64,000 bases of DNA from Chiloscyllium plagiosum (Eukaryota), in NCBI RefSeq assembly GCF_004010195.1, contig NC_057728.1, positions 54,656,719-54,720,718 of the forward strand, written 5' to 3'. Of the stretch, positions 1-12,740 are shown in pieces. How positions within the stretch are numbered: position 1 is the first letter of the stretch; each line of letters starts with the position of its first letter. The notes beneath the pieces are model-generated. The model searched no databases, was not told where the DNA came from, and saw nothing but the letters and a program-made list of their open reading frames with translations. Both the position numbers and the translations under genes were made by a program.

Positions 1-1286
1 TGGAAAGGTGAGGGGAGTAAGGAGGAAAATGGAGAGACTGAGATAATGGAGGGTATAATTGAGTAAAAACTGATGGAAATGGCAAAGTGATAATGGAACA
101 GTAAAGATGCAAAAGATGGGTCTAGTGGAAGTGCAAATGACAATGCAGATCCAGTACAAGTCTGGAATGTGGATTTGCCGGATGTGTCAGCTGTGGTGCA
201 GTAGGTATCATTTTAGTCTCTGAATGTTGAGATTCTGAGTCCAAGTCCCTCGCCAGGCCTTGACTGCAACGATCAACGGTTTGGCGGAGGCACTTTCTTT
301 CAGACACAATGATAAACTGACACCTTGTCTACCCCTCAGGAGGGTGTAAAAGATTCCCTGGCTCTATCTGATTGAAAGCAATGGAACTATCTTCAATATC
401 CTGGGTCAGCATTGACCCCTCAATTAACACAATTTGTTCACTGCCACATTGTTGTTTATGGAATCACTCTGTGCACGAATGGGCTTTGATATTTCCTGCA
501 AACTGTAATTCTGTTTCAGAAGTACTTTGAGATATCCAATGAGTGCAAAACTCAAAGATTCGTAAAGGTTGTAAAGTGCCTCATTGGAACATGAGGTGTC
601 AGGACTTGACCTTCAAAAGTAGCAACGTTAGAATTGGAATTTCTGAGGTGTCAGAGAGCATATTTTTGATTCTACTCATGTAAGAGATTGAGAATAATGT
701 CCAGAACTTGGCCCAGTGGCATTCCAGTCTACTTCAGATGGTCCATTAAATTCCATTTGGAGAGTACTTCTTAAGGTAATCCAACTGCCTCAAGTCATAG
801 GGATGTACAGCATGGAAACAGACCCTCCGGTCCAACCCGTCCATGCCGACCAGATATCCCAGCCCAATCTAGTCCCACCTGCCTATGAAACATCACTGGG
901 AAATATTTTCTTTTTGTACTCTTGACAGGCACATTGTGACTTGCTGTGAATCCTCTTGGAGGCCTTCTATAGGCCTTCTGTGCCTTTACAAGATTCAGAT
1001 GTCAACTCTCCAGGGATTTTCAAGAATTGAACATAAATCTGCTGAACACTGTGGCAAGCAACATTTAGGAGAACATCATAGGGCCCTTTAAAAAGTGGGT
1101 TCATTTGCCAGTTAGCTGTGGGGATGCAGGCGACTATGAGGTTGGACATGCAAGAGCACTAAGAGTGGATATGCTCAGCTGAGCTGCCTGAGATGGAACT
1201 TTATTGATGAAATCAACATAAACATGGCCCAGCAGAGTTTGAAGCTCCATTATTAGGTCAAGCTAATTAATGCTGAAGGACAGGTT

Positions 1287-1305
1287 GGGGGGGGGGGGGG
1301 GGGGG
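1287..1305 (+). repeat. Poly-G run (~19 G)
   Basis: Uninterrupted G tract, visible directly. Confidence 0.9.
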
Positions 1306-1558
1306 TGGGTTTGATACCTCCTCCAGAAGTGGCGTAGCGGTGGTGCAATTGAGACTGAGCAACATCTCATTTTAGCATCTTTCTCTTCTGTCCTTTTGAA
1401 CGTCCTCAGGGATTCAGAGTGACAAGGATCCAATGAGTGCATTACGTTAATCATTGTTAAAGTCCCAAGAGACATCAGAGTGAGAAATGTCACATGCGTT
1501 GTAAAATGTTGCATCTATCTCTGTGATTTCAAAGAGCATCGATCTCTTCCTTTCGCAG

Positions 1559-1654
1559 AATGTGAATGTGTTCATGGAGTCTGCAAAAGTGGAATTGCTG
1601 CAGATGGCACATGCACGTGTTATTCTGGCTACACAGGAGCCAAGTGTGACCAAG
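1559..1654 (+). CDS. STAB2: STAB2 window-exon 1 (EGF-like)
   Basis: tttcgcag|AA..CAAG|gtaagg; [32 protein letters not shown]; 96 nt, phase 1-1. Confidence 0.93.
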
Positions 1655-2104
1655 GTAAGGACAATACAATGATCTGTTAGAGTAAAAACATCATGTACCA
1701 TCAAGGTAAGGTAATATTCGTGGGGCACATTTTATATCAGCATTTATCCTTAGTCAAAAAAAAAGCTCAAAGGACCAATGCGTATGCTATTGAGCTGGGC
1801 TGTGATTACTCGGTGTGTGAATTTTTGTACCTGGAGGCAATCATTTATTAGCGTCTGAATGTTGCTAATAGTCTTAGGAATTCGTACTATATTTATCAGG
1901 ACAAAGTTACATCATTGTGGGGTCACTCACAAGTTTACTTAAGGCTGGAGCCCATATTATGGGTTAGCATTAACACTCGTTCTGCTAAAGTGAAGCCAGA
2001 TTCACGGAGCGCAGGAGCAGCTCAAGACCAGGAGAAGGTATTGTCAGTTACACTGAGAGTCACTAATAACTAGCAAAGACAGTATCCTTATGTATCAGTG
2101 CTCA

Positions 2105-2510
2105 GAACAAAGAACAAAGAACAAATCAGCACAGGAACTGATCCTTCGGCCTTCCAAGCCTGTGCCTAGACATTTTGCCCTTCCATATTAAAATGGTCTT
2201 CACTTGTAGGATCCATATGCCTCTATTCCCTTCCTATTCATGTATTCATCCAAGTGTTTCTTGAATGCTGCTATTGTGTCTGCTTCCATCACCTCGTCTG
2301 GCAGTGTGTTCCAGACACTCACCACCCTTTGTGTGGAAAACATGCCTTGCACTTTGAACCTGTGACCCCTCCATTCTGGGAAAAAGACCTCATAATTTCC
2401 ACTCTATCCATGCCAATCACAATTTTATAAACTTCTATCAGGTCGCCCCTCAACGTCCTGCGTTCCAGTGAAAACAAAACCAGTCTACCCAAACTTTCTT
2501 CCCAGTCCAG
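2105..2510 (-). mobile_element. CR1-type LINE 3' fragment
   Basis: Minus-strand translation LFSLERRTLRGDLIEVYKIV, the typical CR1 ORF2 C-terminus, followed by a short tandem tail. Confidence 0.8.
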
Positions 2511-2763
2511 TGTCCTGGACAAATATATCCCTCAGCTAACACCTTTGGAAAATCTCTGTTTGTGGAAGAGAGGTGTTTGCCAAAAATTGATTACCACAAT
2601 TCTTAAATTACCTCAATGACCAGATTGTAAATAAAAGTACAAACTGACTGGTTGTTTATGGTGCTATATAAATGCAAGTTTATTCTCTCTCTCTCTCATG
2701 CACCATCCAATACAAAAGAACAACTTGCCTTTGGTTAGCACATTTAACATGTTCTGAGACTTT

Positions 2764-3112
2764 CATAGAATCCCTACAGCATGGAAACAGGCCCTTCGGC
2801 CCAACAAGTCTATACCAATCCTCTGAAGACTAATCCACCCAGACCTAATCCCCTACTCTATTATTCTACATTTGCTCCTGACTAATGCACCTAGCCTACA
2901 CATACCTGAACACCATGGACAACTTAGCATGGTCAAATTCACCTAACTTGCACATCTTTGGATTGTGGGAGGAAACTAGAGCACCCAGAGGAAACCCATA
3001 AAGATACGGGGAGTATGTGCAAACTCCACACTAACAGTCGACAGAAGCTGGAATCAAATCCGGGTTCCTGGCGCAGTGAGGCAGTAGTGCTAACCACTGA
3101 GCCAGCATGCCA
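2764..3112 (-). mobile_element. HE1-like tRNA-derived V-SINE
   Basis: Reverse complement of the SINE at 30553-30868. Confidence 0.8.
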
Positions 3113-3398
3113 CCCTCAAGTGTGTTACCAAATGAAACGTTACACCAAGCCATGTAAGCACCACTGACAGCCAAACAAGGTGAGTTTTAAGGAGGGTCTT
3201 GAAGTTGGAAAGAAAGATCGAGATAGTGGACTGGTTTAGAGAGGGTCTGGGCAGCAGAATAAAAAAGTCTTTAGTGATGGAGTGATGGAAATCGGGGCTG
3301 CTCAAGAGGTCTGAACAGACGCAAGAATCAACTGGAATCTCTGCAACATTCCTGTTGCGTTTGCAAAGTGTGTCAAGTCTCTTTCTTGATCTTTTAAG

Positions 3399-3524
3399 CC
3401 ATACCCGCTTGTCGGGCACTACAGTGTCCAGAAAATACAAGATGTTCTGAAGAAGCAGTAACTGGAAAGTTAGTGTGTGAATGTTTACCTGGCTATCATA
3501 CCCAAGGAAGCACAACATGTGAAC
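3399..3524 (+). CDS. STAB2: STAB2 window-exon 2 (EGF-like)
   Basis: cttttaag|CC..GAAC|gtaagt; AIPACRALQCPENTRCSEEAVTGKLVCECLPGYHTQGSTTCE; 126 nt, phase 1-1; not in the ORF track in this frame. Confidence 0.9.
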
Positions 3525-3617
3525 GTAAGTGCTTATTATGCTATTGACTACAAGCGAATGTGTAAAACCCTTATGTTTGTGGAAAAAAAACATAAATGGG
3601 GAAAAAAACCAGAAAGA

Positions 3618-3782
3618 ACTGTGAATGCTGGAAATCAGAAACAGAAGCAGAAACTGCTGGAAAAGCTCAGAGGGTTTGGAGAACTGAAGAAGAGTCACTG
3701 GGCCCGAAACGTTAACTCTGATTTCTCTTCACAGATGCAGCCAGACCTGCTGATTTTTCCAGCAATTTCTGCTTTTGTTCCC
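3618..3782 (+). mobile_element. Fold-back repeat, probably Penelope-like, with hammerhead-like core at 3684-3713
   Basis: Arms gcagaaactgctggaaaagctcag / ctgctgatttttccagcaatttctgc are inverted; the centre reads CTGAAGA-A-GAGTC-ACTG-GGCCC-GAAA-CG-TT. Confidence 0.55.
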
Positions 3783-3834
3783 ATTAATAATTGGGTTTAG
3801 TAATTTTAATTGTACTAGAACATTTTAGAATGAG

Positions 3835-4535
3835 TAACATTTGCGCCACACATATGCCAAGCAATGGCCAACTCCAATGAGAGACAACCTAACCACTGCT
3901 CTTGGTTTCAATGGATTACCATTATCAACATCCTGGGGTTACCATTGACCAGAAACTCACTGGACTCACCAAGTAAACACAGTGGCTACTACAGCTGATG
4001 AGAAGCCAGGAATACTATGGTGAGTAATTCAGCTCCTGACTCCCCAAAGCCTGTCCACCATCTACAAGGCACAAGTCAGGAGTGTGATGGAATACTCACC
4101 ACTTGCATGGACGGATGCAACCCCCACAACACTCAAGAAGCTTAACACCATCAATGACAAAGCAGCCCACTTGATTGGCACCACATCCACAAGCATCCAT
4201 TCCCTCCACCACTCAGTAGCAGCAGTGTGTACCATCAATAAGATGCACTGCAGAAATTCACCAAAGATCCTTAGACAGCACCTTCCAAACTCCCGACCAC
4301 TTCCCTCTAGAAGGACAAGGGCAGCAGATACTTTCAAGTTCCCCTCCAAGCCACTCACCATCCTGATTCGCTGTTCTTTCACTGTTACTGGGTCAAATTC
4401 CTGGAACTCCCTCCGTATGGGCATTGTCAGGTGGACCAAGAAGGCATCTCGCCACCGTCTCCTCAACAGCAACAAGGGACAGGCAATAAATACTGGTCCA
4501 GCCAGTGACAACCCACAGGGAATTTAAAAAAAAGG
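3835..4535 (+). mobile_element. LINE (CR1/L2 group) 3' fragment, second family
   Basis: RT C-terminal-like translation YKAQVRSVMEYSPLAW...KKLNTINDKAAHLIG; tail ggcaataaatactggtccagccagtgac; related copies near 24900-25290, 50505-51030, 52110-52925 and 53345-53562. Confidence 0.7.
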
Positions 4536-4599
4536 AACATGAAGTAATAAATGAAGGAATTAGCTTGTTTAGCCATGGCCTGTTTGAATTCAGTTTGCC

Positions 4600-4985
4600 T
4601 CTGAATTCCTTATCGAGTTCTGGGTTCAAGCAGCAGCCTGGGAGTTGAGCTGAAATGTTCAGGCTGACAGTCCATGCAATACTGAGGGACTGCGGTACTG
4701 TTGGAGATGGATTAGACAGTAAATCAACACTCTTTCTGACCGTCTAGGTTGATGTCACTGTCTTAAGAGCTCCCCCAGTGTCCTGGCCAATACTTATCCT
4801 CAGATGACAGCACTGAAACAAATGGTCATTATCATATTGCTGTTTGTTGAATCTTGCTGTGCACAAATTGGCTGCTGTATTGCAGCAACAACTACACTTC
4901 AAAAAGACTTTTGTTGGCTGTAAAACGCTTTGTGAGAGTCTGGCGATCATGTAAAGAGCTATAGAAATGCAATCCTTCCTTTCTT
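4600..4985 (+). mobile_element. Old DeuSINE/SacSINE1-like SINE
   Basis: cttgctgtgcacaaattggctgctg...ggctgtaaaacgctttg...gctatagaaatgcaa; decayed relatives near 190-540, 13860-14010, 26150-26470 and 59830-60320. Confidence 0.55.
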
Positions 4986-5084
4986 TTGACTAAGTGGGTA
5001 ACACAGATTTAGTTCATTGTATACAGTTTGATGTCAAATGTGTACAAAAGGAATTAAATATAAGCAACAATATTTTTCTTTCAG

Positions 5085-5281
5085 CCATTAATCCTTGTCT
5101 TCAAAATCCCTGTGGCTCCAATGCTGTATGCATTTACCTGGCACCTGACACTTATACCTGCTCTTGCCATGAGGGTTACCGTGGTGATGGACAGATCTGC
5201 CTACCCATTGATCCGTGCCAAAACCATTTTGGGAACTGCCCGACGAACTCAACGGTTTGCCATTATGATGGCCCCGGAAAG
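5085..5281 (+). CDS. STAB2: STAB2 window-exon 3 (EGF-like, contains RGD)
   Basis: ctttcag|CC..AAG|gttggt; [66 protein letters not shown]; 197 nt, phase 1-0. Confidence 0.93.
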
Positions 5282-5585
5282 GTTGGTTCTTATCCTGTTT
5301 ACAGTGAGCTCCTGTGGTCCACTTCAGGATTCAATGAGAGTCTCCCTACGCTCCAACCAAGTGCTAAGTTAGGCAGAACACAATTATGTATGTGCCCGCT
5401 AATGGTTATTAAACCAGACCCTCCACCCACACTCATTAGGGCAGTGGGTAGCAGGCATGATGTTTTCAATCAATATCATATTTCCAAAAGTGAAATGGGC
5501 CCTAAATGCATAGCTGCTTGTATTTGTTTTCCCTCATGGTTTCAGAGTCTGTTATCTGTTGTGTAACTGCAACAGCTTCTAGTCT

Positions 5586-5720
5586 TCAAAGTCTGTGAGA
5601 AGATTTGTAGCTCGGGTGCTCGTTGTTGTGGTTCTGTTCGCCGAGCTGTGAATTTGTGTTGCAGACGTTTTGTCCCCTGTCTAGGTGATATCCTCAGTGT
5701 TTGGGAGCCTCCTGTGAAGT
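5586..5720 (-). mobile_element. Short Penelope-like insertion with 11-bp direct repeats and a decayed hammerhead-like motif
   Basis: Flanked by gcttctagtct at 5575-5585 and 5721-5731; minus strand reads CTGAGGA-T-ATCACCTAGACAGGGGAC-AAAA-CG-TC. Confidence 0.6.
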
Positions 5721-7443
5721 GCTTCTAGTCTATAGCACAGTTAAGTTGATTAAGATTATTCCAAGGTTTTTAGTGGAGGAAAATCAAGCAAAATTTGACA
5801 CCGAGCTACATTAAGTCAGATGAACAAAAGCTAGGCCAAAAACAGAGGATTTAAGGGGTGCATGAAAAGAAAAGGTTGAGAGAGAGAAGACATTTCAAAT
5901 GGGGATTCAAAACTTACGGCCTTGGGAGCAAAACACTGCCACTGTTTGTTGGGGTGGAGGGTTAATAATTGGGAACGACAAAGTCCTGGACTTGATTGAA
6001 AAGAATGATGCGTGCTTGAAAATGAAGGTGACTCCAGTCTGAGAGTCAATGAAGGCCAATAGAAGGCAATGGGTGAATGGGACTTAGTACAAATTACTGT
6101 ATGTACTCAATTAGTTGTCAGCTTTCCAAGAAAAACGCTTTTGGCACAACATTAAAGGGTGGATTTATACACAGGTAATGTTTCTGAGGGGCTTGCTTAA
6201 TGAAAAGGTAATGAAGGAAGCCATGATTAAGAGGAATGGACACTCCCAATCAGAACTCTCATTGTTTGGGTATGTTCTATACAAATGTGTTGATTCAAAT
6301 GCATGGATCTTTGCTTCCAAACAAGGTACCAGGGCTCAATCAATCTGAATTTTCACTTTGTCAATCCCATGAGTTTTGAACTGGATGTGGGGCTCCCACT
6401 CTCCAGGTAGCGCAGGTTCCAGGTTGATCAGGTGTCCGGTGAATATAATGCTACTCACGGCAAAAACCCATCAAGGCATTGAGCTCCAGCCCACTTTCTG
6501 ACACGGCAATGGCAAGCTTCAGGGAGCCCCTACCAACTTCCCCTATATCTCAGGAGAGGAAACATTTACTGGGCTTGTGATTTCAATGCTGCTCAGGGGT
6601 CAGGGAAAAGGGGAGGCCAGCATCATTGGAAAATTGTACTATATTAATGAATAATAAATTGAGGTTTGTGAAATATTAAGGACTTTAGGGCAAAAGTCAG
6701 AAGTTGTCTGTTACATGAGATTACATGAAATCAAATTTATAGCGTCTGGCTCCTTTACTCTTTCATGGGACGATCATCGCGAGTAATACCAATGTTTATT
6801 GCCCAATAGCCCTTGAACTGAGTGGCCTGGTAGGTCATTTCAGAGGGCAGTTAAAGGTTAACGACACTTATGTAGATCTGAACTCACATGTAAACCAGAA
6901 TGGGTAAAAAAATGGAGATTTCCCTCTCTAAAGAGCATTAGTAAACCAGATGGGCTTTTGTAACAATTCATGATAGTTTCATGATCTTTATTAAGGGCAA
7001 TTTTCAATCCCAGGCAGAACTAAATCCAAATTCTACCTGTTGTTGTGGAGTTTGACCTCACATCCCAAGATATTAGCCTGGGTCTCTGGATTACTGGTCC
7101 AGTGACATTACTGTTTGGCCACCATCCCGCTTTATTTAGTTGCTAGGCTGGCTAGGAGGACAATAGAATCCTCAAGTCCGTAAGTTAAAGGGAACAGATG
7201 AGAATTCCAGAAGATCCAGCTTTTTTCATTGTTTGCTGATCTATCGATCTGGAACTTTTTGTGTAAGCCTATACAAGATATTAATACAAATATAACATTT
7301 AAATGAAGAATGCTTTATACTAATTAAAACACCATTTTCATGTCCAAGGAAAGAAAGGAAGGCCTTCAAATTTTGACATACTTTCTGATGGAGAGTACAC
7401 TGCAAGACTTAATCGATGTTTCATATTTTCGTTTCTTTTGCAG

Positions 7444-7577
7444 TCTCATTGTCAGTGTCAGGAAGGCTATGAGAATCTGTCACCCGGAATTGGATGTGAA
7501 TTGACTGATGTCTGCAAGAGCAACAACACTTGTGACAAAAATGCCAACTGTGTTACAGTTGCCCCAGGCCAGATCCA
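7444..7577 (+). CDS. STAB2: STAB2 window-exon 4 (EGF-like)
   Basis: ttttgcag|TCT..CA|gtaagc; [44 protein letters not shown]; 134 nt, phase 0-2. Confidence 0.93.
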
Positions 7578-8616
7578 GTAAGCAGTTCATGTAACGTCTG
7601 TTCAGATGGTAATGATGTCTAATGATAACTGGGGGGAGACGTGGGAGCAGCAGTTGGCCATTCAGCCCGAGGAGTCTGTTCCATCATTCAATGAAATCAT
7701 GGCTGGTCTGATAATTGTCAGCTCCACATTCTTGCCATTTCCCATAACTCTGGATTACTTTAATGATTAAAGATCTGTCTATCTCAGCCTTGGATATACT
7801 TATTGATCCAATCAGGACAGAATTAACAGACTCGATGCCCTTAATGAATATATCAAGGGTGTCCTGACACCTTGGTATGCAACCTGCCTTAAATCAAATG
7901 CATCTTTTTGGCTCGGGTTTGATGGTATAGCCTGGCCCTGGCAGCCAGGCTGGGCTTGTGACCTCTATCAGTCCAGAAACTGGTCCTGTTTTTGGGTCAG
8001 TGGATGTTTGCAGGGTTAGTAGGTATGACATCCTAATTTCTCAGGGAGGGTAATGGTCATTCACGTTATGTTGGGACAGCTCAGGTACATGCCTCACCCC
8101 AGATGGAGTGAACCTGGAGTTGAGCTACAAGGTTAACCGTGACCTTATTGCCCTACTCTGATCCTATTTTTTACATCAGTAGTCGTTTAGTAATGTGAGT
8201 ATTGCTGAAAAAAAAGACACATTAAGTGCCAAAACTTTTCATCTCGCACACATCAGGATATTTTGCAAGAATACAAATTCATGTTGAAAACCAACATTTA
8301 TACCCCATGAAAGGAGAGTGCTTGGCAAGTGAACTCTGATTGGTAGAGGCATTGCCATGGAGAATGCACCCATTAATGTAGATTGACAGTTAACAGCTGG
8401 GTTTTCTTAAATTGTAAACCAGGCATTGGTCAGGAAAATTGCCCTGAGAAGCAACGAAAGGCTGTCATCTATTCTGTTGAAATAAGCACAGTTTTTTTTT
8501 TTCATTTGTGGGCCTTGGGAATTGCTGGCTGGCCAGCATTAATAACCCATCCCTATAGGCCCTTGAGAAGGTGGTGGTGAGCTGTCTTCTTGAATCACTG
8601 CAGTCCACTTTTTTTT

Positions 8617-8925
8617 AGATTAGATTAGATTAGATTACCTACAGTGTGGAAACAGGCCCTTCGGCCCAACAAATCCACACCGACCCTCCGAAGAGAAACC
8701 CACCCCTCTATATTTACCCCTGACTAATCCACCTAACACTACGGGTAATTTAGCATGGCCAATTCACCTAACCTGCATATCTTTGGACTGTGGGAGGAAA
8801 CCGGAGCACCAGGAGGAAACCCACACAGACGCGGGGAGAATGTGCAAACTCAACACAGACAGTTGCCCAAGGTGGGAATTGAACCCGGGTCCCTGGTGCT
8901 GTGAGGCAGCAATGCTGACCACACT
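8617..8925 (-). mobile_element. HE1-like V-SINE
   Basis: (ttaga)n tail, V-domain-like core and tRNA-like head, in reverse. Confidence 0.85.
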
Positions 8926-10270
8926 TACTATGGGTTACAATTGATACAACTGAGTGACTTGGTAGGCCATTTCAGAGTCAACCACATTGCTGTGTCTCTG
9001 GAGTCATATGTAGGCGAGACCAGGTAAAGATGGCAGATTCCCTTCCCCTAAGGACATTAATGAACCTTAATGGGTTTCTCCAACAATTGGCGTTGGTTTC
9101 ATGGTCATCAGTTGACTCTTAATTCCAGATTTCTTTTTATCGATTTCAAATTCCACCATCTGCTGTGACAGGATTCAAACGTGATTCTGGATTTAAGGAT
9201 TAATAGTTGAATGATAATACCACTAGGCCATCACCTCCCTCTAGTGCATCTATATTAATCTATCTGGCTTCCAGTACAGCAAGTCCACCATCCTATGAAC
9301 CTGACTGATAATTTAGGAGTTCATGGGTTGTAGGCATTGCTGAAAAGACCCGAATTTGTTGCTCTTTCCCAATTGCCATTGAACTGAATGGCATGCTAGG
9401 CCATTTCAGTGGGCAGTTACCAGTCACATATAGGCCTGACTGGGTAATAACGACAGATTTTCTTCGCGAAAGATATTGGTCAACCAGATGGGTTGTTATG
9501 ATAACCAGTGTTAATTTCACAGGTGTACTATCTGTACTGTGACATTTAAGGCTATGGGATGAGTGCTGAAAGTAAGACTGTTGCAGATTTAGAGTGGTTT
9601 ATGTTGGTGCAATGTCTGTGGGCCAAAAGGCCTCTTCAATACTGAATAACTCTATGACTCCCACCATAACTGTGGCCAATACATCACATTGAAAAGGTGC
9701 AGGACAGAACAGTATAAGAGACAAGAATGAGAGAAGCTCCATACAGCCCATTATTCTTCCATTGCATCCAATCATGGCTGATTTTGGGTTTCAACTTCGC
9801 TTTCCCAGTCTCATCCTCAATCCGTTGACTCTCTGAGAGAAAAAAAAAATCAATGTATCAGCGACCATGTTGTGATGCTGGTAGTGTCACTAAAACCAGA
9901 CATCCAGAGATCCAGGTCAATATTGGAGACCATCGAAACTAATGGAACTTTAATCTGAAGAATCTAGAGATTGACAACTAGCCTCAGTAATGGTGACCGT
10001 GTCATTAATTGTCATAAAAACCCATTCAGTTCAGTAGAGTCCCTTGGGGAAAGAAATGTGCCACCCTCACTTGGTTTGGCCTACATGTGACTCCAGACCC
10101 ACAGCAATGTGGTTGGCTCTTAACTGCCCCTGAAATGGCCTTACCAGTCACACCCATATCCCATAAAGAATTTTTAAAATTCATAACATTTAATATGCAA
10201 AAAACAAGTAATTTTGATGTATGTTAATGCTGATGAGGGATTTAATGCAACAAATGATCATCTTACTCAG

Positions 10271-10404
10271 GTGCAGCTGCAGTGAAGGATATACAGGAGA
10301 TGGCTTTGTCTGCTATGGAAGCATCATGGAAAGAATCAAGGACCTGAACACCCAGTCTAGGGGTCCGTGGCAAGGACAACTAACATCAGCCATGTTGTTT
10401 TTCG
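10271..10404 (+). CDS. STAB2: STAB2 window-exon 5 (end of EGF, start of FAS1-1)
   Basis: tactcag|G..TTCG|gtaacc; [44 protein letters not shown]; 134 nt, phase 2-1. Confidence 0.93.
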
Positions 10405-12049
10405 GTAACCTCCTTCTCCCTCAGTTTTTTGTAAAGATTTTATCTTCCCCAGATTTGGGGTAGACAGTATAAGTTTAATGGAGGCCATTGGCTAAATCAT
10501 TTCTCTGTTGTCTGCTTGAGAAAGCCTCACAACACTTACTAGTCTGTCTAAAAACTGTAAAGATTTTATACCAACTCTGTGACCTCATTATAACCTATGG
10601 GCACATTTTGCTGGGATGGGGAATTAAGTCAGTTATACACCCATCCATTCCAAGGAGTGAGGCAAGTCATCACTCAGAACCAGATGAAGGGAGGAATTGT
10701 CTTCAGGGACTGTCTCCTGGTCGGGAAAGGGTGAGGTCCATGTTAGGGGGAAGGACCATAATAGCATAAGAATTAGGAATAAGAATAGGCCATTCAGCCC
10801 CTTCAGCCAATCGCAGCTGATCCGGCATTTTTTACGTCCACTCTCCTGCCCTTTCTGCATAACCCTTGGAAGTTGGAGTATGACTTGGTATTCCCAAACC
10901 GGCTCCCACCAACCGACAGGAGACCCAATGATTGCTATGGCGAGGGAGGCCTGACCAGATGAAATGCCTGTCAGTATCAAATCTGCCCTGGATTTAGGAC
11001 CCCAGCCACTGAAATTCCACCCATTGAGAACTGCCAGCCAATTAGAGTATGGCAGTTCTCGAGTGCAGAAACACTATCTGCATTAATTTTGTAAATTACA
11101 TATCTCAAGTCAGTGATTCATACCAGACACTTCCACATTATAAACATTGATCGTACAGGAAATACATTCATGTAAAGTATCCGAATATAGCTTATCATCT
11201 CATCGTAACAACCTGCTGAGAAACTAATACTGCACTTTTATAGTCAGCAATAAGTAATCCTATTTATAAACTACATTGTTGGCATCACTGGTGATGAATG
11301 TGGAAATCACTATCATTATGTGACACCATATGAGGGATCAGGATGAGGGCTCTGTCCTGTTCCTTCACAAGGTCTTGACTGTGGTGCTGAGGGTCAATGA
11401 CCTGTAGTTTACAACAGGCTGCAGATGTCCAGCACCACTGTTGGTCAATGGACCACACTTGAGAAATGTTCGGAAAGTGTGTCTTCAGCTCCCCATCTGT
11501 ATCCTCATGGAGTTGCGTAGCTGTTAGTAATAAGGGGCTTGTCTAAACGTTTAGGTGTAATGATGGACTGTTTCCCTTATCAAGCATTCCTGGGCAATAT
11601 TAGGAGGTGGTAAATTAGGAGGTATTGAGTCTGCAGTCTTTCGCTGTAAATTCCTGACAGAGTTTAGAGCTTGTTTAAAAAGAAAATCGCAACCTGGGAT
11701 ACACTGCCAGATGGATATGAGACTGGCATCTAGTGAGTGGACCTGACATGGGAGTAACAAGTCACTTTGCAGCCTTCCACCTCTGGAACTTTCCCTCACC
11801 AGGTATCTGGCTCTATTTTAGATATCTTTAACCAAAATTAAAGCAGCCATAGTCCCACCAGAGCGTAAGGCTGCTGTCTCATTAGGGAGACAACTGGGCG
11901 TGGTTTAACCTGACCGTCACCATGCCTTAGGCGAGGGAAGAGGTTGAGAAGGAGAGTAACCTCAGCTGGTGTGACAATTGAATTCATGCTGTTGGCATCA
12001 CTCTAGATGGCATGCCAGCCATTCCAGCTAACCAAACCCCTTTAATAGG

Positions 12050-12332
12050 TTTAGGGTAAGAGGGGAAATAATGAAAAGGGACCTAAGGGGCAATGTTTTC
12101 ACGCAGAGGGTGGTGTCTGTGTGGAATGAACTGCCAGAGGAAGTGATGGAGGCTGAGACAATTAAAACATCTAAAATGCATCTGGATGGGTGTATGAATA
12201 GGAAGGGTTTAGAGGGTTATGGACCAAGTGCTGGCAAACGGGACTAGATTAATTTAGGATATCTGGTTGGCATGGACGAGTTGGACTGAAGGATTTGTTT
12301 CCGTGTTGTACATCTCTATAATTCTATCACTC
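12050..12332 (+). mobile_element. CR1/HER1-type LINE 3' end
   Basis: gggacctaaggggcaatgttttcacgcagagggtgg...ggatatctggttggcatggacgagttggac; same family as 36335-36960. Confidence 0.8.
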
Positions 12333-12740
12333 TAATTAACAAGTTCAGATATATTATAGTACATCTCTGAATCCAGGTCTCCTCACTCAGAGGTACGGAC
12401 ACTACCACTGTGCTATACAAACCCTAAAACACCTTGAATCTACAATCTTCAGATAGCTTCCCAATTCACAAAATTTAGAAACCTCTTCCATTTGACCATG
12501 CAAGCTGTACCTTTGTAAACTCATTAATAGAGATCAGTTGCAACAAATAGTCAGTGACTCCATTGTTGTATTGGACAACCAGGAAGAGGAAAGTGAGTTA
12601 GATGGAACTCAGTCTCTCTCATCTCGCAGTTCCTGATTCTGAAAATTAGTTCCAGTTTTGATATACTTGTCAAAGAATATACATTTTCAAGTATCATTAG
12701 AATACAGTTTATAATTGTACATTTTTCTTTCTCTTACCAG

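Noticed and set aside
165..215. Possible upstream stabilin exon (GFAGCVSCG)
   Set aside because: No suitable acceptor or expected Cys spacing, and it overlaps the head of an old SINE (tgtcagctgtggtgcagtaggt). The preceding exon is probably outside the window.
3090..3698. 202-aa minus-strand ORF
   Set aside because: It is antisense to exon 2 and repeat fragments, with no homology signal.
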